Positions 28,419 through 36,217 of a stretch of 64,000 nucleotides of DNA are shown here, piece after piece. The stretch is from NCBI GenBank assembly GCA_964609925.1, contig CAZSUJ010000009.1:4290-68289 (forward strand), read 5' to 3'. The stretch comes from an uncultured Chthoniobacter sp. (GTDB lineage Bacteria > Verrucomicrobiota > Verrucomicrobiia > Chthoniobacterales > JACTMZ01). A program made the translations under genes and the position numbers. The number at the start of each line of letters is the position of its first letter. Position 1 is the first letter of the stretch. The notes beneath the pieces are model-generated. The model was not told the origin of the DNA. It did no database searches and saw nothing but the letters and a program-made list of their open reading frames with translations.

Positions 28419-31400
28419 TCAGGGGGCGTGGACTTTGAGGCGGAGGAAGCGGGAGGGGACGAGGCCGGAGGTCAGGTCCAGGGTGTCGGAAGCGGTGACG
28501 AGGCCGGGCGTGTTGTTCGTGCCGGTGGACTGCCAGACGGTCTGCCAGGTTGCGGCGATTGATGGGGCGCCTTGGACGAGGTAGGTGAGGCTCGGGTCGG
28601 GCGTTCGGTTGAAGGTCAGGGTGAGGAAGTTGCCGGTCCGCCCGATCATGCCGCGGTCGGAAGAGTGCGGAGCCCAGGGGTCCGTGCCGGTCGCATATTC
28701 GTGGAGGTTGGTCAGGCCGTCGCCATCCGGGTCGGCGATATCGGCGCCGTCGCCGACGTTGTCCGCGTTGCCGAACTGGTCTTCGCGCCAACTCTGGCGC
28801 GGGGTGAGGAAGCTGATGTTGTCGAAGAGGACGGTGGCGGGGTTGGTGCCGGTGCGCGGGCCGACGGCGAGGCCGACGCGCACATTGGTGCCGGCGAGGG
28901 TGTTTGTGATGGTCGGTCCGACCTGGGTCCAGGTGATCCCGTCGCCGGAGAAGAAGCTGCGCGAGGTGTTGTTCGAGCGCACGAGGCGGACCCATTCCGG
29001 GATACCGCGGCCAGAGGACTGGGTGTTGGTGACATTGCCGCCGGGGGTGAGCTTGTTCTGGTTGAAGCCGCTGCCGGCGCGGGTCATGTAGGTGAACGTG
29101 TTCTTGGCGCCGTTGGTGAGTGACTCGCGGATCATGATGCCGGCCTTGGCGGCGGAGTCGCTGCTGGAGAAGCTGACCAAGCGGGCGGTGAAGATGCCGT
29201 CGCCGGTCCATGGCATGTGGGCGAAGGTGAAGTTCTCGCTGGAGCCGTTCCAGATGTCGCCGCCGCGGCCTTGGAAAGTGAAGGCGCCGGTGCCGAAGTC
29301 GTAGCTCACGGTGCCGTTGGTGCCGCTCGTGCCATTGCCGATCTGCGAGACGGTCCAAGGGGTGGGAGGAAGGGGCAGGACGGTGACCATCCAGACGAGT
29401 TCGGCCGTGTTGCCGGCGGCGTCGGTCGCGGTGGTGGTAACGGGAGTGGTGCCGATGGGGAAGAGCGTGCCGGAGGCGGGCGTGTTCACGGTTGCGACGG
29501 CGCCATTCACGTTGTCGAGAGCGCTAGTGGTGAAGTTCACCACGGCACCGGTGGCGCCGGTGGCGGGGACGGAGAGGGCAGCGGGTGCGGTGATGACGGG
29601 TGCGGTGGTGTCCGTGCCGTTGGCGTCAGCAACTGCGCCGGTGACGATCGCGTAGTCGGAGAGCCCGGCCGGCGAGACGCAACGCACGCGGTAGTCGTAG
29701 GTGTGGCCGGGCTGGGTTGCGGTGTCGAGCCAGGTGGCGGTTCCCGCGGCGAGAGTGGTCGCGACGGGCTTCCAGTTCTCCGCGCCGGTCTCCGAACGCT
29801 CCACGACGTAGGCGGTTTCGGTCGTGGCGTTGTCCGACCAGTTCAGCCGGATGGCCGCCGCGGGTTGGCTGGCGGCGAGGAGGTTGGTCGGCGCTGCGGG
29901 GAGCGTCGTGGCCGTCCCGGCGGGGGTGCGCGAGGGCGCGGGTTCGATCTGGTTGCGATAATCGAGGAGTCGCGTGCCGTTCCGGTCGAGCGTGAACTCG
30001 TTCATGGTCACGCTCTGTCCGGCCACGGTCGCTGTGCGGGGCGTGAAGGCAAACGTATCCGTCTGCGCGCCGATCGTGACGGTGAGGTTTGAGCCGGAAA
30101 GCGTGGTGGCGGGCAGGGCGTCGCCTGCGCGGAAGGGGAAGAGGAGGATGCGGTATTCCGGCGCCGGGGTCGCGCCGCGTTCGATGACGAGGCGGTTCCA
30201 GTTTTCCGCGGTGGTCGGGCTGTTGACCGTCTCGATGTAGGCAAGGGAGCTGCCGGAGGTTCCGGCGGCTTGGGCCGGGGTGCCGTCCGCGCGGAGGATG
30301 CGGACGAGCAGGCGGCGGTTGCCGGTGGCGGCCGGTTCGGTCAGGACGACATCTGTGGCGGGGTCTGCACCGGAAGGAAGTCCTGCGCCGGTGAGGATGG
30401 TCAGGTCCTTGGGCAGGGCGGCGAACCATTTGTAAGTGCGCGCGGTGTCGTCCTTGCGCACATCGTCCACCACGAGGACGTAGGGTTTCGCGCTGCGGAC
30501 GAGACCGATCGTGCGGAAGACCTGCCGCATCGGGTTGAAGGACCGGGCCTGCAGGCCTTCGAACTGGCCGGGGTTGACCCAATGGGGGAAGGCGCGGAAG
30601 GGGGTGTTACCGAAAGCCTCGGGGATCTTGTTGCCGGCGCGGCGGAAGGTGTTGTGATTGTTCTGCTCGAGGGTGAAGCCGCTCGTGACGGTGGGGGTGG
30701 TGGTGTAGGCGTTCCAGCGCCATTCCTGGCTGTAGGCGTAGGTGGCGTCGCCCGTAGCGAAGACGGCGTCCCCGCCGGTGGGCGTCCACGCCGCGAGCTT
30801 CGAGGGGATGCGCTGCTTGTCGCCCTCCTGGTTGGTCAGCTTCATGCTGAGGCCGTCCACCTCGACGATGCTCTGGTAGCGGGCCTCCTGGATCATCGAG
30901 TCGCTGCCGCCGCTGTTGTAGTTGATGAAGAGGCGGCCGAGGGCCGAGAGGGTGAAGGTGTTGCGGTCGGCGAAGGTGTGGCCGCCGAAGTCCTGCCGCA
31001 CGTGGAAGAGGAGCGCCGCGGCCTCGGGGTCGTAGCCGGAGCGCGCGATCACGCTGCCTCCCTCGGGGTCCACGTAGTCGAGCGCGCCCTGCGCCTCGGT
31101 GTTGTGGGCGGTCCACGAGCTGGTCGAGGACACATCGGTCGCGTAAACGGCGGCCGGCAGGAGCATATTGAAATAGACGCTGCGCGGGGAGAACTTGCCG
31201 TCCCGAAAATCGGGGAACGTGCGCCATTGGCCTGCGGAGTCCTTGTATTCCGTGTTGATGAAGTTCCGCCACGCGAAGTCGGCCTGCGTGCTGTCCGGAT
31301 ACATCCACTTGAGCGCGATGTAATCGAGGCCGTTCATGAACTGGCGGCCCTTCTCGGGATTCGGTCCGCTGCCGCCGAGGAGATCGTAGAGGATGAACGA

Positions 31401-32561
31401 GTAGCCGAACGGCTGGGTGGAGGCAGGCATCCATTCCTTCGCGTAGGCGCGGACGTGCGGGTGGGCGAAGAAGTTCCAGCCGCGCCGTGCGAACGGGACC
31501 ATGTGTGCGCCGAAGAGGTAGTTCTTGCCCTGCCCCTCGAGGCCCGAGCCGGACTTGAACCAGCCGTAGGTGAAGAATTTGTGGTAGGAGCCCATGGCCC
31601 GGGCGAACCAGTCGGCGAGCTGCTGCGAGGAATATCCGGCGTCCGCCACGCCGACCTCGCCCTCGATGGCCATGGCGGTGATGAGCTTGAACGAGTTGAT
31701 GGCGACCCAGTTTGTCGCGACCGCTTCGGCGGCGCAGCCCACGCCGGTGTATTCCGTGTTCGACGCGTCGCTGGAGAAAAAACCGCCCATCAACTTGGCC
31801 AGCGCTTGGCGGACGGTGTCGCGCTGGGGCTGGGTCATGGCGTTGAAGACCATGTCGTAGGCCAGAGCGGTGTGGTGTCCGCCGAAGCGGTGCTGGTTGG
31901 AGCGCTTGCCGTTGAGCGTTGCCCCCGGCGGGCCGGGGAAATCAGGGTCGGCGAGGACGTCCGCCGCCCAGGTGGCGAGCGCGGTGGCGAGGTTGGCCTG
32001 ACGTTGCGCGATGCCGGGTTGCCCCTCGAGCACGAGGCACTCGAAGGCCTCGAGCGCCATCGAACTGCCGAGCACGTAAAGGCCGGTGCCGTCGTTGGCG
32101 GCGATCATCGCGTCGAGCGCGGCGGTGTTCCCGGCCACGAGTTGGTTGTAGACGGCCGACCTGTCGTAGAGACCGGCGTTGGCGCGCGAGGTGCCGTCCG
32201 GCATGAGCTTGAACGAATTCGGCTTCGGGTCCCACGCGACGGCGCGGCCGTTCCGCAGGAGGTCGGTGTAGAGCTGGATCTGCTTGAACGCCTCGATGCC
32301 GGCGGTCGTGTTGGCCAACCGGTCCCTGATGTCGGGCAGGTCCTCGGCGTTGAAGTAAACGCGGGGATGGACTCCCGCAGCCGGGGCGGGGGACAAGGTC
32401 CTCAGACCGCTGTAGTCGTAGGTGATCGAGCGCTGGCCGAGCACCTCGGGTCCGAAGAGTGTGCCGGGCTGCGATTGGGCATGCAGGCTTCCGGCCGAGG
32501 CGCAGAGCATTGCGACCGCAGCTGCGCGGAGGAGCGCGGAGAAACGATGGGGGTTTGGCAA
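28419..32561 (-). CDS. Secreted heparinase II/III-like protein with Fn3, HYR, jelly-roll, TSP3-like and shared C-terminal module
   Basis: The track ORF is 1462 aa, but the first in-frame ATG that makes sense is missing. TTG at 32561 gives MPNPHRFSALLRAAAVAMLCASAGSLHA|QS, a good signal peptide. Module evidence: a toroid N-half; GGHTFADRNTFTLSALGRLFINY...SIVEVDGLSM (Hepar_II_III-like); VFRTIGLVRSAKPYVLVVDDVRKD; Fn3 (IRLNWSDNATTETAYVVERS...YDYRVRCVS); HYR (TTAPVITAPAALSV...ATDAAGNTAELVWMVTV). It ends ...PSRFLRLKVHAP. Confidence 0.85.
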   Translation of the reverse strand: MPNPHRFSALLRAAAVAMLCASAGSLHAQSQPGTLFGPEVLGQRSITYDYSGLRTLSPAPAAGVHPRVYFNAEDLPDIRDRLANTTAGIEAFKQIQLYTDLLRNGRAVAWDPKPNSFKLMPDGTSRANAGLYDRSAVYNQLVAGNTAALDAMIAANDGTGLYVLGSSMALEAFECLVLEGQPGIAQRQANLATALATWAADVLADPDFPGPPGATLNGKRSNQHRFGGHHTALAYDMVFNAMTQPQRDTVRQALAKLMGGFFSSDASNTEYTGVGCAAEAVATNWVAINSFKLITAMAIEGEVGVADAGYSSQQLADWFARAMGSYHKFFTYGWFKSGSGLEGQGKNYLFGAHMVPFARRGWNFFAHPHVRAYAKEWMPASTQPFGYSFILYDLLGGSGPNPEKGRQFMNGLDYIALKWMYPDSTQADFAWRNFINTEYKDSAGQWRTFPDFRDGKFSPRSVYFNMLLPAAVYATDVSSTSSWTAHNTEAQGALDYVDPEGGSVIARSGYDPEAAALLFHVRQDFGGHTFADRNTFTLSALGRLFINYNSGGSDSMIQEARYQSIVEVDGLSMKLTNQEGDKQRIPSKLAAWTPTGGDAVFATGDATYAYSQEWRWNAYTTTPTVTSGFTLEQNNHNTFRRAGNKIPEAFGNTPFRAFPHWVNPGQFEGLQARSFNPMRQVFRTIGLVRSAKPYVLVVDDVRKDDTARTYKWFAALPKDLTILTGAGLPSGADPATDVVLTEPAATGNRRLLVRILRADGTPAQAAGTSGSSLAYIETVNSPTTAENWNRLVIERGATPAPEYRILLFPFRAGDALPATTLSGSNLTVTIGAQTDTFAFTPRTATVAGQSVTMNEFTLDRNGTRLLDYRNQIEPAPSRTPAGTATTLPAAPTNLLAASQPAAAIRLNWSDNATTETAYVVERSETGAENWKPVATTLAAGTATWLDTATQPGHTYDYRVRCVSPAGLSDYAIVTGAVADANGTDTTAPVITAPAALSVPATGATGAVVNFTTSALDNVNGAVATVNTPASGTLFPIGTTPVTTTATDAAGNTAELVWMVTVLPLPPTPWTVSQIGNGTSGTNGTVSYDFGTGAFTFQGRGGDIWNGSSENFTFAHMPWTGDGIFTARLVSFSSSDSAAKAGIMIRESLTNGAKNTFTYMTRAGSGFNQNKLTPGGNVTNTQSSGRGIPEWVRLVRSNNTSRSFFSGDGITWTQVGPTITNTLAGTNVRVGLAVGPRTGTNPATVLFDNISFLTPRQSWREDQFGNADNVGDGADIADPDGDGLTNLHEYATGTDPWAPHSSDRGMIGRTGNFLTLTFNRTPDPSLTYLVQGAPSIAATWQTVWQSTGTNNTPGLVTASDTLDLTSGLVPSRFLRLKVHAP

Positions 32562-32658
32562 GGTGTCCGGGGTTTCGGATAGTGTGACACAGGTCGCACA
32601 ACTCTGTCGGACAGCTCGCGCGGCAAAGAATGGTAAACCTTCCGCGCGTGCCGGGCGG

Positions 32659-34053
32659 TCACCGCGCCGGTCGTTGCGCGGGCGCAAGCGCCGGATCGTC
32701 GAGGTCCAACCGGTAGAGCACTTGATTATACTCGTGGCGCGGCGTCGGCACTGCACCGTCTGCGAACATGGCCGTGTAGGTTCCCTCGAAAAGAACGAAG
32801 GCCGCATCGTCGGGCGTGAGTTCAGGGTGCAGACGCACGTTGTAGAAGGTGTGCTTACGGTGGCTGAGGACTTTCACGGCTGGACTCCAAGGACCAAGCG
32901 GCGAATCCGCCTCGGCATACCAAATCTCGCCCAGTTTCGACGGCGAGCCGTCGGCTTGCTGGAACACGGCGATCCACTTCCTGCGGTAGCCGCTCCACGC
33001 GATCGAGCCGCTGTGCGGTCCGTCGGCGGGCTTGATCTCGCCGCTGCCGTCCGCAGCCTTGAGCGGGGCGGGCTTGGTGAGCTGTTCCCATTGCTCCGGG
33101 TCAGACCAAGCTTCGAAGGTGGCGGGGCACTTGAGGGAGGGAAACGGATGTCCGAACAGGATCCAATCGCGCCCGGCGTCGTCGGCCCACCGCACGGCAT
33201 GGCCGGTTGGCAGCGGCGGCGGTTGGCGCGAGGTGGCCGACTTTTTCCAGACCTTGCGATGGGCTTGGAAGTTCTGTCCGTCCCAGACAGCGAGCCCCCA
33301 CTCATCGATGTCGTCGAGCGAACGGACCTTCATGTAGGTGGCCACGAGTCTTTCGTTGCCATCCTTGTCCGGGAGGTTGGCCAGCGCCGTTAGCCATGTC
33401 GGGCCCTCGCCCGGGACCTCCGCGATGTTGCGCGGGTTTCCGTTCTTGTCGCGGAAGAGATCGAATGGCAGCCGAAGCGGCGGCTCGAACGAGGCAAGGG
33501 GGTGCTGCGCGGTCGTCGCGCCTGAGCAGTGGAACAATCCGAGCGGACGGTCTGGCAGCGTCGTGTCGCCCCACAGCCGGAAGAGGCGTTCGCCGAGTCG
33601 CGCAACCTGCACGCTGTCGCACCCGGCCACGCCCGACTCCTCCCATGCTGTGTCCCGTCCCGTCTTCTGGCTCTCCGCGAACAACCCGGCCCCGGTGAGG
33701 CGTCCGAGGCACTTGGCGATCGAAGTCCTGCGCACCTCGATGCGCCGTGTTTCCCCGGAGGCAGGGGTGAGCTTGGCTCCGCGGAATCCCATGCCATCCG
33801 GCGGCAACTCGTAGCCGTCCGCCGCGACCTCGAGCCAGACCTCGCGTCCCATGAGTTCCGGCAGATCGAAGGCCGCCACCCCTGCGTTGTCTGTGAAGAA
33901 GCTCACGCCGTGCGTCGTGCGCAGCTCCACCCGCGGCACGGGCCATCCGTTCTCGCCATCCACCACCTCGATGCGGAATGGATCCGCTGCGTGCGCAGCC
34001 GCCGTGGCGGCACACCAGATAACGACAAGGCACCGCTGGAGGCTCTCAGCCAT
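32659..34053 (-). CDS. Secreted hypothetical protein (CarboxypepD_reg-like N-domain plus beta-propeller/DUF4185-like body; function unknown)
   Basis: 464 aa. MAESLQRCLVVIWCAATAAAHA is a signal peptide. FRIEVVDGENGWPVPRVELRTTHGVSFFTDNAGVAAF fits a small beta-sandwich. LFRLWGDTTLPD resembles a DUF4185/GH-like motif. The ATG at 34053 overlaps the vapC 3' end by 8 nt. Confidence 0.75.
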   Translation of the reverse strand: MAESLQRCLVVIWCAATAAAHAADPFRIEVVDGENGWPVPRVELRTTHGVSFFTDNAGVAAFDLPELMGREVWLEVAADGYELPPDGMGFRGAKLTPASGETRRIEVRRTSIAKCLGRLTGAGLFAESQKTGRDTAWEESGVAGCDSVQVARLGERLFRLWGDTTLPDRPLGLFHCSGATTAQHPLASFEPPLRLPFDLFRDKNGNPRNIAEVPGEGPTWLTALANLPDKDGNERLVATYMKVRSLDDIDEWGLAVWDGQNFQAHRKVWKKSATSRQPPPLPTGHAVRWADDAGRDWILFGHPFPSLKCPATFEAWSDPEQWEQLTKPAPLKAADGSGEIKPADGPHSGSIAWSGYRRKWIAVFQQADGSPSKLGEIWYAEADSPLGPWSPAVKVLSHRKHTFYNVRLHPELTPDDAAFVLFEGTYTAMFADGAVPTPRHEYNQVLYRLDLDDPALAPAQRPAR

Positions 34054-34441
34054 ACCCGCGCAGTTCCAAGCCCCGGATGCGCGCGAGGTGCGTCAGATCG
34101 CGGGTCACGAGAGGGCAGGATTTGGCCAGCGCCGTGGCTGAGATCCAGAGGTCGTTCGACCCGATGAGCCTCCCCGATTTCCTGAGCCGCCGGGCTTGCT
34201 CGGCGTATCTCTCCGCGATCGCCGCGTCAACCGGGATGAGGTCGAAGCATTCCACCATCGAAAGGATGGCGGAGGCGCGAGGATCAGGGAATCCCTCACA
34301 GAACTCCCCGTAAGCAACCACGGGCAGCAAGGCGGCGCAGTCCGCATGTTCGCGGAGGAATTCATGGGCCGGGCCGCGTCCCGACTTCCTCTCGCGTTGG
34401 AAATCGATGAGGAAAGTCGTGTCGAAGATCAACGACTCCAC
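34046..34441 (-). CDS. vapC: PIN-domain ribonuclease toxin VapC
   Basis: 131 aa. MESLIFDTTFLIDFQRE carries the first acidic residue. The PIN pattern continues ...VVAYGEFCEG...GSNDLWISATAL...LVTRDLTHLARI. It sits immediately downstream of, and overlaps, a small antitoxin gene. Confidence 0.9.
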   Translation of the reverse strand: MESLIFDTTFLIDFQRERKSGRGPAHEFLREHADCAALLPVVAYGEFCEGFPDPRASAILSMVECFDLIPVDAAIAERYAEQARRLRKSGRLIGSNDLWISATALAKSCPLVTRDLTHLARIRGLELRGYG

Positions 34442-34665
34442 GGATTCTCCGGCGGCTTGTCTGCATGCTGGGCGGCGTCGAGGCGGTCCAAGACCTCATC
34501 GTTCACTCTGCCGGCGGACCGTCGGAGAAGGTCGCCGCACGTCCGACTTCCCGAATCCCACTTGGCCCGCTTGATGACTTTGGAGAAGGACTCGGTGGCA
34601 TGGCTTCTGGCGCGGACGAGGGTGCGGTAGGCCTCTTCATCGACTGAGAGTGTCCTTGTCGCCAT
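34429..34665 (-). CDS. vapB: VapB-type antitoxin (PF02697-like 'putative antitoxin' family)
   Basis: MATRTLSVDEEAYRTLVRARSHATESFSKVIKRA matches the (T)IsvddEvYerLkklK..geSFSdvIrrl pattern of this family. It overlaps vapC by 13 nt. ATG 34665 is preferred over 34677 because 34677 lies inside the predicted -10 box. Confidence 0.7.
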   Translation of the reverse strand: MATRTLSVDEEAYRTLVRARSHATESFSKVIKRAKWDSGSRTCGDLLRRSAGRVNDEVLDRLDAAQHADKPPENPWSR

Positions 34666-34672
34666 ACACAGA

Positions 34673-34700
34673 TGCATACACAGAGCCTCAAGACAGTCAA
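34673..34700 (-). promoter_or_regulatory. Candidate sigma70-type promoter of vapBC; predicts a leaderless or near-leaderless mRNA
   Basis: The minus strand reads TTGACT (34700-34695), 16 nt, TATGCA (34678-34673), 7 nt, ATG (34665). An imperfect palindrome GACAGTCAACTGAC overlaps the -35 and may be an autoregulatory operator. Confidence 0.45.
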
Positions 34701-34723
34701 CTGACAGCCTTCAGCACCGCGCT

Positions 34724-36217
34724 CTAGCGGGAGGGAGGAGAGAACTGGAACGGTCCGAAGTCGGCGTGCGAGGGCGCATCGCCCTCAGCGTGGTGAAACA
34801 AGCCGACGCGGGAGCCGACCCAGCCACCCTCCTTCGCTGCGAAGATGCGCTCGGGCAGCACATCGAAGAAGAACGAGCCGTCCGGTTGCACGTTCACGCC
34901 AACCGGAGTTGTCCCCGCAGGGCTCAGGCCGAGCAACTCGAGGCCGTCGGGCGTGCCGAGCACCAACTCGCAGCCGTCCGCGCCGCGGCGCAGTCCGACG
35001 AAGTGGGCGTCGGCCCCGCTGGTGACCGCGAGGCCGGCCACGCTGGCGACCACCCCCTGCGCGAGATCGATGGTTGTTTCGACTCGGAAACTGCCGGCGG
35101 GGAATTTCTGCCCGACGAAACGCGGATAGCGGGCGACGCCCTCGGCGGGTGACGGGCCAGCGAACAGGCGGAGTTGCCCGGGGCGCGCAGCCATGGACCA
35201 CCACGAGTCCTCATGATTTGCCTGCCATTGCCATTGGAGCCCGAGTGATGAGCCGGTGAACTCGTCGCTCGTGGCCGGGATCTCCGGACCGAATCCCGGC
35301 ACGGGCTTGCGGCAGCGGCTCACCGGTTGGCAAACGCCATTGCGGACCTCGCCGCAGAGCGGCCAACCGTCCACCCATTCCACGGGCTGGAGGTGGGTGA
35401 TGCGGCCGAACGGACCGCGGTCCTGGAAATGCGCGAACCACCATGAGCCGTCGGCGAGATCGACCAGCGCGCCTTGGTGCGGGCCATTGATCTCGGTCTC
35501 GCCCTGCGCGAGGACGACTTTCTCCTCGTAGGGACCCCAGATGTCGCGTGAGCGGAACGCGACCTGCCATCCGGTCTGCACACCGCCGCCGGGGCACATG
35601 ATGTAATACCAGCCGTCGAGTTTGTGGAGCTTCGGGCCCTCGAGGTAAAGGTGGTGCGGGGTGTGGAAAAGCTCGCGTCCTTCACCGAGCAATCGCCGCG
35701 CGTCGGGCGACATGGGCCGCAGGTGAATGCGCTCCTTCAGCCCGCTGCGCGAGAACGCGTAGGCGTGGGCGAGATAGGCTTGTCCGTCGTCGTCCCAGAA
35801 AAGGCACGGATCAATCCACCCCTTGGCTTCCTGCAGGCACCACGGCTCCTCCCATCGGCCGAGCGGGTCGTCGGTGCATGTGACGTAGATGCCCTCGTCC
35901 GGCATGGGAAAGACGATCCAGAACTTTCCTGCGTGGTGGCGGATGGCAGGCGCCCACACACCGCTGCCGAGGCGGACATCGCGGTAGGACGGGTGGGGGA
36001 CGTTGCGGATGGCGTGGTTGACGAGGCGCCAGTTGACGAGGTCGCGCGAGTGCAGGATCGGCAGCCCGGGCGTGCAGTTGAAACTCGAGGCCGTCATCCA
36101 GAAATCATCGCCGACGCGGATGATGTCCGGGTCGGAATAGTCGGCGTGGATGATCGGGTTGGAATAGGTCCCGTCGCCGTTGTCGGGGATCCAGAGATAA
36201 GGGCAGGCGTTGCTCAT
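34724..36217 (-). CDS. GH43 beta-xylosidase-like glycoside hydrolase with C-terminal beta-sandwich, cytoplasmic
   Basis: Start ATG 36217. MSNACPYLWIPDNGDGTYSNPIIHADYSDPDIIRVGDDFWMTASSFNCTPGLPILHSRDLVNWRLVNH is a canonical GH43 N-terminus. ATGA overlap with the GH52 gene (36214-36217). The rest of the 1094-aa track ORF is a spurious extension. Confidence 0.9.
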   Translation of the reverse strand: MSNACPYLWIPDNGDGTYSNPIIHADYSDPDIIRVGDDFWMTASSFNCTPGLPILHSRDLVNWRLVNHAIRNVPHPSYRDVRLGSGVWAPAIRHHAGKFWIVFPMPDEGIYVTCTDDPLGRWEEPWCLQEAKGWIDPCLFWDDDGQAYLAHAYAFSRSGLKERIHLRPMSPDARRLLGEGRELFHTPHHLYLEGPKLHKLDGWYYIMCPGGGVQTGWQVAFRSRDIWGPYEEKVVLAQGETEINGPHQGALVDLADGSWWFAHFQDRGPFGRITHLQPVEWVDGWPLCGEVRNGVCQPVSRCRKPVPGFGPEIPATSDEFTGSSLGLQWQWQANHEDSWWSMAARPGQLRLFAGPSPAEGVARYPRFVGQKFPAGSFRVETTIDLAQGVVASVAGLAVTSGADAHFVGLRRGADGCELVLGTPDGLELLGLSPAGTTPVGVNVQPDGSFFFDVLPERIFAAKEGGWVGSRVGLFHHAEGDAPSHADFGPFQFSPPSR

